A DNA stretch of 63,648 nt, filler included, from Chiloscyllium plagiosum (lineage: Eukaryota): assembly GCF_004010195.1 (NCBI RefSeq). It is 4 parts of one record of this genome, joined end to end, with 100 filler letters (N's around TTAATTAATTAA, not from the genome) between each part and the next. Parts side by side here need not be neighbours in the genome. Positions count along the whole stretch, not along the records: positions 58,978 to 63,648 come from NC_057714.1; 3 more parts are not named here. One strand, given 5' to 3'. This document shows positions 63,616-63,648 of the stretch, in pieces. Below the pieces are notes generated by a model. The model ran no database searches and had not been told where the DNA came from. It saw nothing but the letters and a program-made list of their open reading frames with translations. A program made the translations under genes and the position numbers. The stretch's first letter is position 1. The number at the start of each line of letters is the position of its first letter.

Positions 63616-63643
63616 AACGTTTCGGGCAAAAGCCCTTCATCAG
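63616..63643 (-). ncRNA. Minimal hammerhead motif (family B), intact core, in a terminal repeat spanning 63550-63648
   Basis: CTGATGA-a-GGGC tttt GCCC-GAA-ACGT-T, with palindromic stem III ACGT. Confidence 0.72.
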
Positions 63644-63648
63644 GAATA

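Overview
Vertebrate genomic DNA, almost certainly from a cartilaginous fish (shark), inferred from HE1/V-SINEs, abundant CR1 LINEs and the Penelope-like families present. The window is four separate sequence pieces (1-16445, 16546-43701, 43802-58877, 58978-63648) joined by artificial 100-nt linkers (44 N + TTAATTAATTAA + 44 N), so adjacency across the linkers is not biological evidence. Host genes: two spliced exons of an unidentified gene (+, 2330-2894); the last coding exon of CMTM8 (40603-40689, -) and the first coding exon of CMTM7 (28372-28461, -) in the same tandem order as in human; and seven consecutive in-phase AKAP9 exons (47940-57235, -). The rest is nested transposons: CR1, L2 and RTE LINEs, HE1 V-SINEs, two Gypsy types (one Gmr1-like, with integrase before RT), Harbinger remnants and a Tigger/pogo MITE. 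The most interesting signal is two families of Penelope-like elements whose terminal repeats carry minimal hammerhead ribozyme motifs (about 9 copies). They occur as tail-out palindromic insertions (about 3 kb and 195 bp) and as a ~130-bp solo insertion, with 13-16 bp target-site duplications (TSDs) and an optional 33-36 nt 3' tail. All homology calls are from recalled sequences; no database search was run.
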